A stretch of 61,058 nucleotides of DNA, filler included, from Hausera hauseri (GCA_046269625.1; 9 parts of 9 records of this genome joined end to end with filler, not necessarily neighbours in it); one strand, 5' to 3'; numbered from the whole stretch's first letter, positions 10,568 to 23,105 are shown. Numbers and translations: made by a program. Notes: a model not told the origin generated them from the sequence alone.

Positions 10568-11260
10568 TTATTGTATCCAAGAATTCATAATTGTAGTTTT
10601 CCCCTCATTTTTCCAAATAGATTCAATATCAATGGTTTTGAATATCATTTCCGGTAATTTGCTTTTAATCTGAAAATCTCTTGGACTGAATAAAGCATCA
10701 TGTGAATAGATCAGATTTGAGTCTTTTTCAATTGATAAACGATTTGTAAAGAACTTTTGACTAGAAACAAATTCATTCACAACTTTGATTGATGGTAGTT
10801 CCAGAATTTTGGCAAATCCATTTAGATCTTTTTTATAAAATCCCTTAATCGCCATTTGTAAAGCTTTTCGGAACTTGTAATGAACGTCAAGATTTCCCAT
10901 AACATTACTCTTTTGTTGAACTGACCATATGGTTCTAATATGTTTTACAATGAATATGGTCGATAGCGGTTCAATGTCAGTGTTAACTCGTCCGTTTGAT
11001 AAATCTTCTAGATTGATTTTTAGACCAATTTTCAATTTCCTTGGTAAATTTTTAATCACCGGTAGTTTGATCATTAAATTTGATTCGTAATTTAAATCTG
11101 ATATTTGTAATTGGACACTCTTTATTGATAGCGTGTGAAAGTTATACAAACCTTCAAGATCGTACTCGAATTTTCGCACGTCAACTTCTTTAAGATTCCA
11201 AGGCGACAGTATTTCAAATCGGAATTCCTTTTTAGCATGATCGAATTCGAAATCCAACAT
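10568..11260 (-). CDS. Hypothetical 230-aa protein or exon, AT-rich, no recognised family
   Basis: 693-nt open frame in very AT-rich DNA with globular-like composition. Confidence 0.45.
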   Translation of the reverse strand: MLDFEFDHAKKEFRFEILSPWNLKEVDVRKFEYDLEGLYNFHTLSIKSVQLQISDLNYESNLMIKLPVIKNLPRKLKIGLKINLEDLSNGRVNTDIEPLSTIFIVKHIRTIWSVQQKSNVMGNLDVHYKFRKALQMAIKGFYKKDLNGFAKILELPSIKVVNEFVSSQKFFTNRLSIEKDSNLIYSHDALFSPRDFQIKSKLPEMIFKTIDIESIWKNEGKTTIMNSWIQ

Positions 11261-11634
11261 AAATCGTCGATTTAAAAGTCTTTAATTTGGTGTATCAAAT
11301 TCTATGTCGAAAAATCTGTTATAACATATTGTATCGTCCATTACAACATGAGGCACAATTGATGAGACTCCTCTGGAAACATATCCGATTTGTGTATACT
11401 CTTTTTATATCGCTATTCCGTTGGATTCGAATTTTGTTATCAAAAGTAGGTAATTCTGCAAGTGATTGCTTTGCAATTCATATCTGACAAAAAATTTTGT
11501 GTGCGGGCAGGAACAGAAATTTGGCAAACCAAATAAAAAGGTAAAATCAACAATGTGGCAACTCACATCAACATGACACAAAAGGAGAATACGATTGTGA
11601 TTAAAACTGTTACAAAAATATTATAAAATAAATC

Positions 11635-12058
11635 CAGCCGGACTACGCACAAATACCAATATTACCTTATCATGTAGTACATCGCCCCGCTGTGAAGATT
11701 GCCCGAAAATATCTGAGGTGTCCATGTAAGAACGCCGGAAAATGTCTGAATGGATCTTCTGACACCATTTATTGATTGTTGTTATGTTAATGAGCATATT
11801 TATCGCCGACGACTGTGGAAAACAAATCTGACCCAAATTTCCCGATACTTCATCCACCATTTTGTCTGCTAAAATTTTCAAATAATAAATTTTATGGTGT
11901 TTTGAAACCACTCCCTTTCGCAATAATAATACTCGGGCATATTAACACAGTCCAGAAAACCCCATTTTTTTCACCATTTTATAAAAAATTTATTTTTAAA
12001 ACAAATTTCTTTTTTTAATAAATTTTTGCAATACGGTTAAATGTGAGCAGTCCGGCTG
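11635..12058. mobile_element. Possible MITE with imperfect ~23-bp TIRs
   Basis: CAGCCGGACTACGCACAAATACC at 11635 versus GGTTAAATGTGAGCAGTCCGGCTG ending at 12058; no clear TSD. Confidence 0.4.
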
Positions 12059-12176
12059 TTTTACACATCAGAATAAACCACACGTAAAATAAAAATACTT
12101 GCAATTTCTGTACAATATACTGCTGCATTATATTTAATTACAATAAGTATGATAAGTGCAAATTCGTATAATTAAT

Positions 12177-12276
12177 NNNNNNNNNNNNNNNNNNNNNNNN
12201 NNNNNNNNNNNNNNNNNNNNTTAATTAATTAANNNNNNNNNNNNNNNNNNNNNNNNNNNNNNNNNNNNNNNNNNNN
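12177..12276. other. Artificial contig linker
   Basis: Same N44-TTAATTAATTAA-N44 cassette. Confidence 0.99.
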
Positions 12277-12389
12277 AGGTAGTTGGAGTGAGGACAGAGG
12301 ATGCAGAGGACAGAGTGAGGTGGAGGAGGATGACTCGCTGTGGCGACCCCTGAAAAGGGAAAAGCCGAAAGAAGAAGAAGAAAGAAGAA
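12277..12389 (+). mobile_element. 3' end of a fish RTE-clade LINE (Rex3/Expander-like)
   Basis: GATGCAGAGGACAG...CGCTGTGGCGACCCC...AAGCCGAAA followed by a (GAA)n tail. Confidence 0.8.
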
Positions 12390-13076
12390 GTATTTATTTT
12401 CTGAGCTTCAACCACCCTCAGAATGCATCTAAAAGTGTTTTATTGATCAAGTTTTATGATTTTATGATTGTGCTTGCTTCTGAAAATGGCTTTTTTGTTA
12501 AATCAAAAGTGAAGCAAACCCCACTTCTCAGATAAAATCTTGGCACCTTTTTTTGCTGGTGTGACAACCCCCCTCAACCTAATTCAAATGAGAGGTATTG
12601 TCTTTCAAATTGGGTGTTTGACACAGTGAAAAACAAGGTTTCTGCAACATTCCTAACTCTTATTGCTACAAAATGTGATTATGTAATCTTTACCTGTCTG
12701 CAAGTGAGGACTGTTTTTTTCTTTTTTTTCTTGCACAGTCATGTTTTAATTGATCTCAGGATATGTCATAATTGTTTTTATTAAAATAAAATAAAATAAA
12801 ATAAAAAACCAGCACAGCACAAACCATTATTTTAATGTACTGGGTTGGGGGGGGGTGCCTCATACATGTACTATTCAAAGCGAGCGTCATTACGTCACCG
12901 CCTTCACCTTTCAGACTGGCCAATAGGAGCACTACTTCAGGTTGGGAAGTTAATCTTTGTAAAAGTTTTTAGTTGGGTTATTGAAACTGTGAAAGAAGCT
13001 GTGAATCAAGTGTACATTTGTCATAAGAAAGATTAGGTTTTGCTCAAATAAAGCTGTTTTTATGAATAACTTTGCT

Positions 13077-15311
13077 TTAACGCCCGAAAAGCTTCTGGTC
13101 CTGACAACATACCTGGTCGTGTGCTGAAGGACTGTGCAGGGGAACTTGCAGCGGCCTTCACGGACATCTTTAACATCTCGCTGAGTCAGGCCATCACCCC
13201 CACCTGTTTCAAAGCCACCACCATCATCCCTGTCCCAAAGAAGGCATCGCCCTCCTGCCTCAATGACTATCGTCGGGTAGCACTCACCCCCATCCTGATG
13301 AAGCGCTTCGAACGGCTAGTCATTAAAAGCATCAAATCTGTCCTCCCTGCCTCCCTTCCAATTTGCATATCGGCCTAATCGTTCGACTGACAATGCCATC
13401 TCCTCTGCCTTCCACACAGCTCTCACATCTGGACACGAAAGACTCTTATGTTAGAATGCTGTTCATTGACTTCAGCTCGGCATTCAACACCATCATCCCC
13501 CAACAGCTCATCCTTAAACGGGACAGTCTGGGGCTGAACACCTTACTGTGTAACTGGCTGCTAGACTTCCTGACCGGGAGACCACAGGCAGTACGGGTCG
13601 CAGTAACACATCCAGCACCATCACATTGAATACAGGGGCCCCCCAAGGATGTGTGCTGAGCCCCTTTCTATTCACTCTGCTAACACACGACTGCACACCA
13701 TCATACAGCTCCAACTACTTTATCAAGTTTGTGGACGATACAACAGTGGTGGGTCTCATCAGCAACAATGATGAGACAGACTACAGGAACGAGGTGAGCC
13801 GCCTGGCCTTGTGGTGCGGACACAACAATCTCACTCTGAACGTGGATAAGACAAAGGAGATTGCTATGGACTTCAGGAAGATGCACGCTCAGCATGCCCC
13901 TCTGACCATCAATGGCACCACAGTGGAGAGAGTGAGCAGCACCAAGTTCCTGGGAGTGCACGTCTCAGAGGACCTGTCCTGGAGCAGGAACACTGCATCA
14001 CTGGCCAAGAAGGCTCACCAGTGCCTTTACTTTCTCTGCAAGCTGAAAAGAGCTGGAGCTCCAACCCCCATCATGTGCACCTTCTACAGAGTGTTCTGAC
14101 CAGCTGCATCTCGGTGTGGTTCGATGCATGTACTGCATCCTGCCACAAGACCCTCCAGTGCATCATGAGAGCAGCCGAGAAGATCGTCGGCACTCCTTCC
14201 CCTCACTACGACTTACACAGTAACCACCTCACTCGAAAAGCCCTCTGCATGGCGGGTGACCCCACACACCCACTACACAGCTTCTTCAGCCTGCTGCCAT
14301 CAGGGAGGAGACTGCGGAGTCTCCAGGCTCGAACCAGCAGACTGAGAGACAGCTCTGTTCATCAGGCAGTCAGGATGCTAAACTCTCTGCCTGCTCTGCC
14401 TCTTCTACCCCCTTAACACAAGAAAACGTTCACACATTACCACACAACAGAAAGATTTTTAACACTGGACTCTGTGTCATCAGACGGGTATACATTCAAC
14501 ACACGCTCATGTGCTCATTCAATTTGCACTAATGTTTAGATTACATTACTGTTTATTCACAGCACTGTTAATATTTTTTTACTAGCCTTATTGCATATGT
14601 GCAGGCAGGAGGGTGGCACAACTGTTAGAGCTGCTGCCTCTCAGCGAGAAGGTTGCCGGTTCAAATCCCGGTCCGGGGGCCTTTCTGGATGGAGTTTGTA
14701 TGTTCTCTCCATGCATGTGTGGGTTTCCTCCAGGTACTCCAGTTTCCTCCCACAGACCAAAAACATGCATGTTAGGCTGATTGGTAACTCTAAATTGTCT
14801 CTAGGTGTGAGCGAGAGAGTGAATGATTGTTTGTCTCGTTTGTCTTTTTGTGGCCCTGTGATGGACTGGAGACCTGTCCAGGGTGTCCCCCGCCCCTTGC
14901 ACAGTGATTGCTGGACATGGGCACTGGCGACCCCCGTGACCCAAAATGGAAGAAGCGGGTAAAAGATGATGATGGATGGATATTGCATATGTTACTTTAC
15001 CTCTATACCAATATCAAAGACTTCATACATATACTGTGTACATTCACTTCAAACGCTGCTTTGTCACTTTACTACAAATGTCAATGTCAGAACCTTCATT
15101 TTATTATATATATACTGTATATATACTTTTTATATTTTTATACTACCATGCTACAATTCAGGACAGTATCACACTTTTATTATTTCATTTTATGTTAATG
15201 TTTATTAAATGTTTTAATGTTTAAATGGTTATTGTCTGAGAGTAATGTAATTTCAACCCTGTGTATGTCCTGTACATATTGCATTTTTGACAATAAAGTT
15301 GACTTTGACTT
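13077..15311 (+). mobile_element. Rex1/Babar LINE, 5'-truncated, frameshifted RT
   Basis: [60 protein letters not shown]; 3' end AATAAAGTTGACTTTGACTT. Confidence 0.92.
14601..14980 (+). mobile_element. tRNA-derived fish SINE (V-SINE/mermaid-like) inserted in the Rex1 3'UTR
   Basis: B box GGTTCAAATCC, core GGAGTTTGTATGTTCTC...GGGTTTCCTCCAGGTACTCCAGTTTCCTCCCACA, (TGGA)n tail, 12-bp TSD TATTGCATATGT at 14589-14600 and 14981-14992. Confidence 0.9.
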
Positions 15312-16319
15312 ATTTCCACAACCAGTTCATAATGCCTAGCATGAAATGAGACAAACATTGAGACAATAATTTACAATAACATATATAAATATATTATTAA
15401 AGACAGCACACAAGGTGCAAGTTTTAATGGCCTTGGTGGAATACTTAACAGTTTTTAGATATTTAATAGTTTAATTCTTTGACCTCATTTTCATAAACGG
15501 AGGAGAGCATATGTCAACATTTCTGACAGCCCTCTGGTGGTGGGAAAAAGTACTAAAAAACACCGATTTCAAAAAGACGTCTTTACTTGCTTAATTCAAA
15601 GGGATACTATAATTTTATTTGGTGTATTGAACTTTAAAGACACGAAAAGGATTAATGAGAATTGTACAGAATGAAAAACTGACAGTGAGTGTACATGAAA
15701 TGGGCCAAAGTGGGGAAACAAATATTTTCGTTTTAATCTGTGATGAATCTGTGATGAATTAGTGTGGTCTGTAATTGTACTTCTGCTATTGGGTGACTGC
15801 AGTTTAAACTGAGTGGATAAGAAAGTGTTGGGAGGGAACTTGCAAAATTCAATAAAACTCCGTCTTTTACGGCGTAAATTTCGGCGAAATTACGGCGTTT
15901 TATAACGCCGTCACGCGTAAAAAAGCGGCGTTCAATGTCCAAAATAAACGGCGGAAATTACGGCGTTTACAAAACAGGCGTAAAAAAAACGGCGTTTTGG
16001 GTTGTTTTATCATTTTACGAGACTATTTTTGGGTTCCCTGGCTCATCACCCCCAACGTAAAAGATGAGGAAGACTGGGCGGTGTGAGGCAGCACTGACGT
16101 CACTCTCCTGCGCCACTTGGAATTGCCAATTCAGATTGATTTTTGGAACACTTTTTGCAGGGGTGGGGCGTGAAAACGAAAAAGCAGTTTGTTCTTGTTT
16201 CCTCTGTAGTTGAGTTACACAATGAGCAGTCTTGAAGAAGAAAATGAAAATGATTTATTTTTAATTTTATTTATGAGTCAAAAAATGCAGCTTGACTTTG
16301 AGATGAAAAAGCATTTCTG

Positions 16320-16982
16320 CTAATTCATTTTTGTTTTCAAATTGCCTAACTTTCTGATGATCATTGTTGTGGACACCAAAATGAGGACGAATGGTATCAC
16401 GAAACCCAATGCAATCTCGAATTTGCCTAACAAATTTTCGTCCAATTTTGGCAACATAAAGGAGCAATTTTTTATCGTACTCAATACAAGAATGATGGAA
16501 CATATAATCATTGCCTCCTTGTACGAGAGTTGTCTTATAAATAAGTTTGTTGGTAAAAAAACAAGAGTCAGTCGTTCCAAGGATAGAGTACAGAGTTGCC
16601 AAATAGCACAGTTGTTGAACTCATAAGAAAGGAATAAATGGATACGGTGAAACCAGTAGCTAATTGATCTCACGTCATAATTGTCATGGACCAGAATTAC
16701 GTAACGTGTACCCAAGACAATCAACACCAATGTATCATAAATATTTTCAACCAGCATGAGTATCTTTGTACATTTCCTCAATCCGTTGTCATAATGCAAC
16801 ATAACCATTATGAGGATATTTCCGATATACCCCAGTATGAGAATAATTATTAATATAACTTCGATAATTCTATTGTTGATGATTACGTAATCCGGTGGCT
16901 AAATAGACAGGATAAATCTCGTAGAACAGACATAAATACAACTCACATTTTTAGTCGTCATTACACTGTACGTTGTATTCAT
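16320..16982 (-). pseudogene. Rhodopsin-class peptide-receptor-like GPCR, TM1-TM5 only; exons 16982-16947 and 16898-16320
   Basis: Exon 1 MNTTYSVMTTKN, 48-nt GTGAGT..TAG phase-0 intron, TM1 GYIGNIL, TM2 Asp, SLERL (DRY-like), TM5 FVIPF; TM6-7 absent. Confidence 0.8.
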
Positions 16983-17838
16983 ATTTTTTTAAAATTAATT
17001 CTCTTCAATTTGGCGTCTATTTATGTGATTTGTCTACTTCTTCAGGCAGCCAATCAGCTAGAAATATTTCTAAAATTTATAGATAATTTTCATGTTACGT
17101 CTTTTTGCACTTCTTCAATTTTCCCTCTAATATACAGAAGAATTTTGAAATTTCATAAAATTTTCGCTTCTTTTTTAAACAAACATTCTACTAAAGTCGA
17201 ATTTCCAGCTTGTCATTCATGTTATGTCAAAGTACAATGTATTCGTCTAATAATCAGTTACATCACTAATATTTCTTTCTTCTATATAAATATTAACTCT
17301 GCACATGAACGATAGCATATTATGAGTCAAATATTAGACGGATATTTATTAATTATACAAAACTTTAAGAAAACACAATTAGTCAAATATTAATGGTTGA
17401 AAAAATGGCAAAAATTTTGTTAATCCACAATATTCTTCTGCGTGTTAAGAAGAAATTGAAGAAATGCGAAATTCCGTAACATTTGGAAGCCCGTATTGCA
17501 TAATCTTAGCCTTGTCTGCAATTTTTTCATATTTTTAATCATCATCTTTTAGATCTGATTTCCATAAAAAGCCCTGATAATCAGGAATGCGTTATACCTT
17601 GTTAGATCGCATGTCGGTGCTAGAATCACCATCTACTGTTGACTGATGATTTTTATTGAAACTTTCAGTTGCCAACGCAACTTTTTTCTTTCAACTTGCA
17701 TTGACTGACTGTTTCCATAGATCTTTGTGAGACCCTGTAAAAAGAACTAGGCAAAGTTCTTAAATCGCATGCTTCCAATGTTTGAAGAATTTAACGGGCT
17801 AGATTTTCTTTCTTTCATAAAATTTTCATGACTTTCAA

Positions 17839-17938
17839 NNNNNNNNNNNNNNNNNNNNNNNNNNNNNNNNNNNNNNNNNNNNTTAATTAATTAANNNNNN
17901 NNNNNNNNNNNNNNNNNNNNNNNNNNNNNNNNNNNNNN
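17839..17938. other. Artificial contig linker
   Basis: Same cassette. Confidence 0.99.
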
Positions 17939-18450
17939 ATAGAAAAGGCTTCTGCGACAGTACTGCTTGTCATATTTTTCAATGGGACCAAAACGACATA
18001 TCTCGAATAATAATCCACGAATGACAGAATATTTATATCCTGAATAGGATGTTGGAAAAGGTCCCGAAATATCCATTGAACAAACTTCCATAGGTTGTCG
18101 TGCTTTAGGAAGGCTTCCGAGAAATGGTTTTGCACGAAATACTCTATCTTTTCGAGTTGCACACATTTCACAAGAGCGTACCCATCCTTCAATATGTTTG
18201 TTCATCTGAAGCCAATAATATTTTGCGGTTATACCCTTTAGTATCTTATTTAGAGATGATTGACCTGATAGATGCGAATCGTTTTCTTGTAACATCACGG
18301 ATTTAATTGTTATATTAGGTACGATTATGAGTTTTCGTTCTCCGCCATTGAGTTTTAGAATGGAATTTTCAATTTCTAATTGAAGAATTTTGTCGAACAT
18401 CTCAAATTTTGTTGAGGAGATTCCAAACAATTTACCAATATCGCGCATAT
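17939..18450 (-). pseudogene. Ty3/gypsy integrase fragment
   Basis: YYWLQM..CEMC zinc region, MDISGPFP, frameshift, then ILSFVDYYSRY..VAEAF. Confidence 0.9.
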
Positions 18451-18714
18451 ATTTCTTATAAGCATCTATTATCTATTACCAGAATAATAAATGTTTAGCA
18501 AAAGATCAATAACCTTAAAATTTTCGGGCTTTGTAGAATTTTGCAAGTATTGTTTTTCTAACAACTGCCAGGTTAGATGAATCTGGAAAATACAAAATGT
18601 AATAAAATATTAAAATTAAATTAGAATAGTAATACATTAAACATTTCTACGAATATCGAATAATTTATTTTCCAGTACGGGAACAGATCTGAAAAATCCT
18701 GCGTTCACCCTAAA

Positions 18715-18770
18715 CAGTGGTGTACGCAAGGGGGATTTAAGGGATAAATTCCCTCCCCGAAATTTGAAAA
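18715..18770 (+). mobile_element. Possible hAT-like transposon terminus
   Basis: CAGTGGTGTACGCAAGGGGG...CCCTCCCCGAAATT; no partner end found. Confidence 0.4.
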
Positions 18771-19559
18771 ATTTTCAAATTGTCTTCAGATTAATAATAT
18801 TAATTACGTAACAATACATTTATACTCACTCAGTATATTGAAAAATATCCCCTCCTAACGATACTTAAATTTCATCATGACTCAATATTCTAAGTATATA
18901 TAGAATTTTAAATTATTTTGGTGGCAATATGATATTCAACTCGTTTTTAAAATACAAAATAAAAAATCATGTCTTTCCTTCTTACGTTTATAATTTTCAA
19001 TTTATTTTTCATTTTATAAAACGTATTGGATCTTATGTTTTCTCCATATTAATATAAATACTTTACAAAGTTGACAATGGATTTAACTTGTTTAATACTC
19101 ATTGTAAAAGTATTATTTTGGTTTGTCCATAATGGACACAAATAAATCTACTTAAAAACCCCTTAAAATATATACAGATGCTGATCAAAAACATAATAAA
19201 GTCGATTATTTGATTAATACGACTATATAACAAATCAAAACTATGTAATTTACAATTACTGCATTATTTGGATATGTGATGAGTATGGGGAAAATGTACC
19301 TTTTCCCGAACCCCGGGCGGTAATCGATAAATCGATATTGCAAATGTGCTAATCGATAGTGCACCCGGTGCACTATCGATCGGCACATGTGCATAGAAAC
19401 GGTACCGTTAGGCACCGTTGCCATAACACTTTTGCATATTTCATTTATCGATCGCTGCACAGAGCGGTAATGATCGAATCGGTCGAGGTAAAATGATAGT
19501 CGATAGTGCACATCAGTGCGCATCGATCTGTTACAGATGCAGCAGTACAGCCAGTTCCC

Positions 19560-22500
19560 CACACAGGATTAAAATGTGCAGCAGCATCACGCGTATCCGT
19601 AGAAATTTGAAATACTCCATCCAAAAGTCTAAGGCAACGGGCAGATGGTACTGCAACATTGAAGAGCAAAGTCTGCAGATATAAGTTAGAAACCACATTT
19701 ACCAATGTTGATGGCGAAGTATCAAACAGGACCTTCAAGACGAAAAATAGGCCGATATTAGAAACCGCCTATATCTCAAAATGGATACATGAAGAATATG
19801 CAAAGCTAATACATGAAGCTGAGAAGTGCCAGGACAAGAAGAGCGGCTGGACTCTGGCAAACATAAAGATATTGCTTGTCTTTGTGCACAAGTACTCACC
19901 ATGCGAGGCAGTTCCTATATACAGCTTCCAGAATGGATCGCAAAGAAAGCATGCATCAATGTCCGTAATAATGATGCAATGTGCTTCNNNNNNNNNNTCA
20001 AATGTATTGCATTTCCTCCATTCTTAGATAAAGTCAAGACGTTCAGTCAAATCAACAATATTTCCATCAATATATTTGGATTAGAGGAAGAAAAATTTTA
20101 TCCGCTGCAAATATATGAAGATGAATTGGAAGATCATAGGGATTTGCTCCTGCCAGAAGATGGACAAAAGAAACATTTCATATGGATCAAGAATTTTTAA
20201 CGCCTAGTGAGATCCCAAATAACATCAAATCATGGAAGAATTGAAGTTTGTAAAAGATGTTTGTCCCATTTCAGTGGTGTTGAACCTATGGAGAAGCTTG
20301 CAGAGCACAAGATGTATTGTAACATCAAGTATTGTATTCGGACAGAATTTACAAAGGAGCACTACATCGAATTCAAAGAGTATGAAAAGAAGCTCAAAAT
20401 TCCAATAGTCATCTATTGCGACTTTGAAGTCATATTGAGTCTAGTTCTGAGTTGCAGCCCCAATCCACAACATAGCAGCACAATGGCATACCAATATCAT
20501 GAACTTTCATCATATTGTATGTATGCCAAAGGACTGAACAAGGACCCATTTCTATTCAGAGGTCCAAATACCGCAGCGCATTTTATGAAGTGATTGCAAG
20601 ATATGGCTCAGAATTGAAATTATGCTGCAGCAACTAAAGAAATAAAATACAATGACCATGTCAAAGAATGAACATGAAGAATGGCACAAGGCATCAACAT
20701 GCTACTTGTGCTCCCAATCATTCACTAAGGAGAATCATAAAGTCAGAGATCATTGTCATTTAGCAGGCAAATATGGGGCAGCAGCCTGCAACAACTGCAA
20801 TCTACGTTGCAGAACAGTAACTTTTGTTCCTGTAATATTCCACAACCTAAGTGGATATGATTCTCACTTTATTGTTCGGGAACTGGGAAACATTGAAGGA
20901 AACACTGACGTGATCCCCAACAGTAAAGAAAATAACTTTTACAAAACATGTTGGAAAAGTCCGGCTCCGCTTCGTGAACAGTTTTCAATTCATGTCGTCT
21001 TCACTTGACAGCTTAGTGAAGAATCTCCCGCAGAAAATCTTAAGGAGACGAAGCGGTTCTTTCCTAATACGTTTGATCTTGTCAAAAGGAAAGGAGTGTT
21101 TCCTTATGATTACATCATTCGATAAAACAGCTTTGCTGGCCAAGAAAGATTTTTACAATATGCTCTCAGACAGCGATATCAGTGATGCCGATTACCAACA
21201 TGCCCAAGAGTATTCAAATGTCAAACAACAGGTGAAAACCGCGATGTATACCTCAAGACGGACGTGCTACTGCTAACCAATGTATTTGAAAACTTCCGGC
21301 ATGTCACATTAGGAAGTCACAAACTGAATCAAACTCATTTCTTTACAGCTCCAGGAATGTGTAGAGCAGAAATGATAAGACATACCGGTATTAGATTGCA
21401 GATCTTGAATGATTATGATATAATTCTCATGATCGAGAGAGGCATTAGAGACTGAATATGCCAGGTTATTCACAAGTATAGTGAGGCCAATAACAAGTAC
21501 ATGGTCGAATATGATCCATCCAAGGAATCCTCATATATTATCTACCTGGATGCTAACAACTTATATGGGTGGGAAATAAGCGCCCCATTACCTTATGATG
21601 ACTTTAAATGGATGGATCATCCGAAAGATGTGGCAATACAAGATGTAGAACACAGTGGGGATACTGGCTATATACTGGACGTGGATGTTGAATATCCACA
21701 TAATATCCATATAAGACATGAATAGCTGCTTTTCCTCCATGAGAACAAGCAGCCACCTAATGGTAAACATCGAAAGTTGCTCTGTCATCTAGAGAACAGG
21801 GAAAGGTATGTAGCCCACTACATCAATCTCTGACAGGCTACCAGAAATGGATTCCGCATCATGAAGATCCATCGGGCCCTGCAGTTAAGCCAGCCAATGT
21901 GGCTAAAACCACATTTAGATCTCAATACGCAGCTGCGAGCCAATGCCAAGAACGATTTTGAGAAAGATCAGTTTAAGCTGTACAACAATAGCGTTTTTGG
22001 CAAGACAATGGAGAACATCCGGAATAGGATCAACATCGAGTTAGTATGTGAGTGAAACATGGCAAGAATCTCATTGCTAAACCGAACTTCCACAGCAGCA
22101 CCATATACACAGAGAACTTGGTCAGCATCCATATGCTCAAGACATCTCTAGAATTCAAAAAGCCAATATGTTGGTATGTCGATACTAGACCTGTCAAAGA
22201 CTTTCATGTATCATTTACACTATGACATCATGGTCCACACATTCAAGACTGCAGCTCATGTATATGGATACTGATAGCTTTATATATCATATCCATACAG
22301 AAGACATTTATGAGGACTTTACGTCTAACTATTCAAAAAGTCATAGGAATTTCTCCGTGAAGAACAAAAAGGCCCTTGGGAAATTCAAAGATGAGGTAAA
22401 TGGGGCAATCATCTAGGATTCGTAGGGTTAAGATCAAAAATGTACGCAATCGACGTATGCGGCCAAATAAAGAAGAGGGTCAAGGGTGTGCAAAGAGTCA

Positions 22501-22700
22501 CCTTGGCGAAGAAAATCATATTCATTGATTATATAGTGTTCTACCGGAGCAGACCCATATAATTTCCGAAATGAGAAGGATCTAATCTAAAGGTCATAAA
22601 ATCGAAACAGTGAGGCTTCAAAAAAGAGCCTAGATTGGATGGATCACAAAAGACGCATCCTGGACAATGGTGTATGCACACTACCTCATGGACACGTACC
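19560..22700 (+). pseudogene. Protein-primed family B DNA polymerase (Polinton/adintovirus type) with inserted endonuclease VII-like zinc domain, decayed
   Basis: ExoI VIYCDFE, CYLC..VRDHCH..CNNCN, ExoII FHNLSGYDSHF, PolA YLDANNLYG, PolB KLYNNSVFGK, PolC YMDTDSF, GKFKDE, terminal TLPHGH; many stops and frameshifts. Confidence 0.93.
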
Positions 22701-22836
22701 AATTGTGAATATGTTGTAAATATCTTTGTTATATTGTTGTGCTAATAAACCTTGTTTTAAAATATCGTGTTGCCTTCTTGATCAAGTAATGTGGGATATA
22801 GGATAAGGTCAAGTAAAACTAAGTAATTGCTATATA

Positions 22837-22936
22837 NNNNNNNNNNNNNNNNNNNNNNNNNNNNNNNNNNNNNNNNNNNNTTAATTAATTAANNNNNNNN
22901 NNNNNNNNNNNNNNNNNNNNNNNNNNNNNNNNNNNN
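22837..22936. other. Artificial contig linker
   Basis: Same cassette. Confidence 0.99.
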
Positions 22937-22937
22937 T

Positions 22938-23105
22938 AACAGAGTAGCAGTGTATGTGGACTGTCCTGCTGGCATTCTGTCCTTCTACAGAGTCTCCTCT
23001 GACTCACTGATCCACCTCCACACCTTCAACACCACATTCACTGAACCTCTGATTCCTGGATTTGGGTTCTGGTTCAATTCTGGTTCCTCAGTGTTTCTGT
23101 GCTGA
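22938..23105 (+). CDS. C-terminal end of a B30.2/PRY-SPRY domain (fish NLR-B30.2/finTRIM-like)
   Basis: Manual translation NRVAVYVDCPAGILSFYRVSSDSLIHLHTFNTTFTEPLIPGFGFWFNSGSSVFLC*. Confidence 0.93.
   Translation, partial: NRVAVYVDCPAGILSFYRVSSDSLIHLHTFNTTFTEPLIPGFGFWFNSGSSVFLC

Noticed and set aside
17450-17640. Possible endonuclease G-like fragment (KIMQYGLP) on the minus strand
   Set aside because: Only a short motif amid stops; no catalytic motif seen.
17939-22700. Integrase plus pPolB as one Polinton
   Set aside because: The integrase has gypsy-type zinc and DISGP motifs, is divergently oriented, and is separated from the PolB by other repeat-like DNA.
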